From Octopus vulgaris (taxonomy: Eukaryota), in contig OX597835.1 in the NCBI GenBank assembly GCA_951406725.2, positions 36,208,001 to 36,272,000 of the forward strand: DNA of 64,000 bases. The letters run 5' to 3'. Positions 54,215-64,000 of this stretch are shown here, piece by piece. Every line of letters starts with the position of its first letter. Position 1 is the first letter of the stretch. Below the pieces are notes generated by a model. It was not told where the DNA came from. It saw only the letters and a list, made by a program, of their open reading frames with translations, and did not search any database. Both the position numbers and the translations under genes were made by a program.

Positions 54215-54790
54215 TTTTCTACTCTAGTCACAAGGCCCGAAATATCTGGGGATGGGTGGGGCCAGTCAGTTAGATCGATACCAATATGTAACTGGTGCTT
54301 AATTTATCGACGCTGAAAGGATGAAAGGCAAAGTCGGCCTCGGCAGAATTTGAACTCAGAACGTAAACACAGACAAAATACCTATTTCTTTACCATCCAC
54401 AAGGGGCTAAACACAGAGGGGACAAACAAGGACAGACAAACGGATTAAGTCGATCTATCGACCCCAGTGCGTAACTGGTACTTATTTAATCGACCCCGAA
54501 AGGATGAAAGGCAAAGTCAACCTCGACAGAATTTGAACTCAGAACGTAACGGCAGAAGAAATACCTATTTCTATACTACCCACAAGGGGCTAAACACAGA
54601 AGAGACAAACAAGGACTGACAAACGGATTAAATCGATTACATCGACTCCAGTGTGTAACTGGTACTTAATTTATCGACCCCGAAAGGATGAAAGGCAAAG
54701 TCGACCTCGGCGGAATTTGAACTCACAACGTAACGGCAGACGAAATACTGCTAAGTATTTCGCCCGGCGTGCTAACGTTTCTGCCAGCTC
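54215..54790 (-). mobile_element. SINE family B, tandem trimer-like multimer
   Basis: Three successive copies of tcgac(c)ccgaaaggatgaaaggcaaagtc..cctcg..gaatttgaactca, ~185 bp apart. Confidence 0.85.
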
Positions 54791-54799
54791 AAGAAATAT

Positions 54800-55175
54800 T
54801 GATGGAAGATTACCATCAAAGCATTTCTCAAGTGTAAGCAGAACCGGCCGGACTTTGTTGTTTTGGACAGTCAAGTAGAAGTATGTACCATCATTGAGGT
54901 CAGCTGTCCTGCTGGTTTGAACATCTCTTTGAAAAGGAAAGAGTTAGAAGATAACTATGGACAACTGCTCCGAGACCTCCAGCTTCTATATCCGGATTAC
55001 AAATTTACATTTATACCAATGATAATTGATGCACTTGGTTTTGTAAGTAAATGCCAAACTGTCAGTCTGGATAAGCTTCGATTTTCAGAAAAAGAAATCA
55101 ACCAAATCACAGACACATTATAAGTACAATCTGTAAGCGAAACAATAAAATTATGCAAGACTTTTATCAGGTTTA
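54800..55175 (+). mobile_element. Non-LTR retrotransposon restriction-like endonuclease fragment (R4/Dong-like)
   Basis: KCKQNRPDFVVLD...CTIIEVSCP...KELEDNYGQL...FIPMIIDALG fits the RPD...(D/E)...K..KY RLE signature; a premature stop follows. Confidence 0.8.
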
Positions 55176-55314
55176 AAATATGATATTGTTCTTGTTATCT
55201 ATATTCCAACGATGAAGCTTTGTGTCTTTGTCAGAAAACAGCTCCTTTTTCAAAGGAAAAGAACACGCACATACACACACACACACACATTCATACGTAT
55301 ACATACATACATAC

Positions 55315-55545
55315 GACCCTTCTGTCCGAGTCAGTCGCCAAAATATATCGTTAGACACTACACAAATTTTTTTTCTCTCCTTGTTTCTCTCCTTGTTTTT
55401 TCTGTGTCGCTTTCTGTAGAAGAGCGTAGGCTCGAAACGTAAAAGACTTTTACTATTCCTGAGCGTTATACTAATACATCTGTTTGTTTTGTACACCACC
55501 CGTCTTCGTCTTTTGTTTTGTTTTTTTTCGTAAACTCTCCCTACA
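55315..55545 (+). mobile_element. Penelope-like 3' terminus fragment
   Basis: Same terminus as 31190-31444, with ctgtagaagagcgtaggctcgaaacgt at 55414-55440. Confidence 0.8.
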
Positions 55546-56049
55546 TATATACATACGTATATACATAAATACATAAATACATATTAATATCTATACGGGG
55601 TGAAAGTGCTAGGTAGTGTACAATACAAACTTCTTGCCAATTCAGATATGCTTCAGACGTATACAAACCCGTAAGAAAGCCATTCATTTAACTGTATTTT
55701 ACCATGGAAATAATTTCCTTTTGCAGACCAATAGGTGTAAGTACAGTAAGGTAGTTCAAAGCGCTTCCTACGCAAACTATTGGATGCATGCATTTCGGAA
55801 TGGTTATCTCCTCCTCAGCAACAGAGACCAAACAGCTTAACTAGCAAACTTATATCCTTTCAACGCGTCAGTTACGTGTAAACGAACATGGTTTTAAATG
55901 TGTAAAGCCTATTCTCTATTTCGAATCTGGAATCACTTCCAAAGTTTCTCTAATGTATTTGTAACAAAAACTAGTTTTCTTTGAAAGCAGACATGGATAC
56001 GTATAGATATAAATATAGACTTATATATATTTACATACATATATTTACG

Positions 56050-56116
<67 letters not shown>

Positions 56117-56269
56117 GTGTGTGTGTGTGTGCGTATGTGTGTGTGTGTTAGTGTGTCTGCGTGTGCATCTATATGTGTGTATGAGTTTGTATGCATATAT
56201 TTATATTTACACACTGTGAGAACCCATATTAAGTATCAATGGATACTTAATTTTTCTACGAAATATATA

Positions 56270-56648
56270 TTCTCTTTTACTCTCTTTAACTTGTTTCAGT
56301 CATTTAATCGAGCAACTCGACCCCGGGACTTATTCTTTTGTAAGCCAAGTACTTATTCTATCGATCTCTTTTCCCGAACCGCTAAGTTACGGGGACATAA
56401 ACACACCAGCATCGGTTGTCAAGCATTGCTAGGGGGACAAACACAGACACACAAACACACACACAAATATATATGTACATATATACGACAGGCTTCTTTC
56501 AGTTTCCGTCTACCAAATCCACTCAAAAGGCTTTGGTCGGCCCGAGGCTATAGTAGAAGACGCTTGCCCAAGGTGCCACGCAGTGGGACTCCATCCGGAA
56601 CCATGTGGTTGGCAAACAAACTACTTACCACACAACCACTCCTGTGCC
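56270..56648 (-). mobile_element. tRNA-derived SINE family A
   Basis: Reverse complement of 23608-24078 with a small deletion in the tail. Confidence 0.85.
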
Positions 56649-56667
56649 TAGGTATATATATATATTA

Positions 56668-56699
<32 letters not shown>

Positions 56700-56853
56700 G
56701 TATATATATAGTAATACAATTGAGGGCTCACAAATTAGGATGCCGAGTGCTGGGAACACAAAAAGGAGATGTATTTATCGAGAGTGAAAATCAAAAACGT
56801 TTACCTGGTAGTAAATAATATTACTACCCCGCTTGTTTTTATATTTGTATATG

Positions 56854-56912
<59 letters not shown>

Positions 56913-57049
56913 GTATGTTTGTATACATATATATATGTCATGTATATGCAAGTATAGGGATTTATGTATGGTAGCCCGCTTCGCGCTGAAACTTTATATA
57001 CACGCACGAGCACACACACATCAACAATGACACGCACTCTAAGTAATCA

Positions 57050-61760
<4,711 letters not shown>

Positions 61761-61823
61761 GCGATATGAATTTGCATGTATATTTACATGTATGTATGTT
61801 CGCATGCACGCGCTCGTAGTAGC

Positions 61824-61888
<65 letters not shown>

Positions 61889-62094
61889 ACACCAACAAAG
61901 ACTCCGTTTCTGCTTAGATGCTTCTTTCCGGGCGGATCATTCCGATGTAGGAAACTTTTATTGCTTATTTTAGCCCAGGGTCACTCAGCCAGCCACAAAC
62001 TTCAAGCCCCAGCCTCCATACCAAGCCTTCTTATCGCATCATATTTTTGCTTTTTGATCTTGGTCTGTCTCGGAGAGTGTTATGCAGAGCGCTA

Positions 62095-63886
<1,792 letters not shown>

Positions 63887-63887
<1 letters not shown>

Positions 63888-64000
63888 ATAGTTTTATTTT
63901 TATATCGTGCTTTCACTTCACTACCGAGCGCAGTTCTGTGGGCCTTAGATATGTGCTGTGGTTCGTTGTGACTTATTATTTTTTTGTTTCAGCTCAGCTT
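63887..64000 (-). mobile_element. Probable retroposon 3' end attached to (TAA)n
   Basis: Minus strand reads ...cgctcggtagtgaagtgaaagcacgatataaaataaaactattg then (AAT)n, i.e. AATAAA just before the microsatellite; truncated by the window edge. Confidence 0.4.

Overview
AT-rich eukaryotic DNA saturated with (TA)n, (CA)n, (GATA)n, (TATG)n, (AAT)n and (GA)n microsatellites and tRNA-derived SINEs. The style strongly suggests an octopus or other coleoid cephalopod intronic/intergenic region (inference). No host protein-coding gene can be supported; nearly all ORFs in the track are microsatellite read-throughs. Recognisable coding relics are all from transposable elements: a mariner transposase, a Tc1 C-terminus, two Penelope-like GIY-YIG fragments, an RTE C-terminus, an R4/Dong-type restriction-like endonuclease and a possible CR1/L2 YADD fragment. 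The main discovery is at 326-3744: about 7 nearly identical copies of a 495-bp unit in two divergent arms, inserted in a (TA)n tract. The array holds 7 complete type I hammerhead ribozymes, one per period (CUGAUGA...GAAA core, 8-bp stem I, palindromic UGCA loop III, GUC cleavage triplet). It looks like a young retrozyme (ribozyme-processed circular-RNA retroelement) insertion with twin-primed rolling-circle geometry. About ten further minimal or degenerate hammerhead motifs lie in Penelope-type termini and fold-back palindromes next to microsatellites. All coordinates and folds were read by eye; TE and SINE boundaries are approximate.
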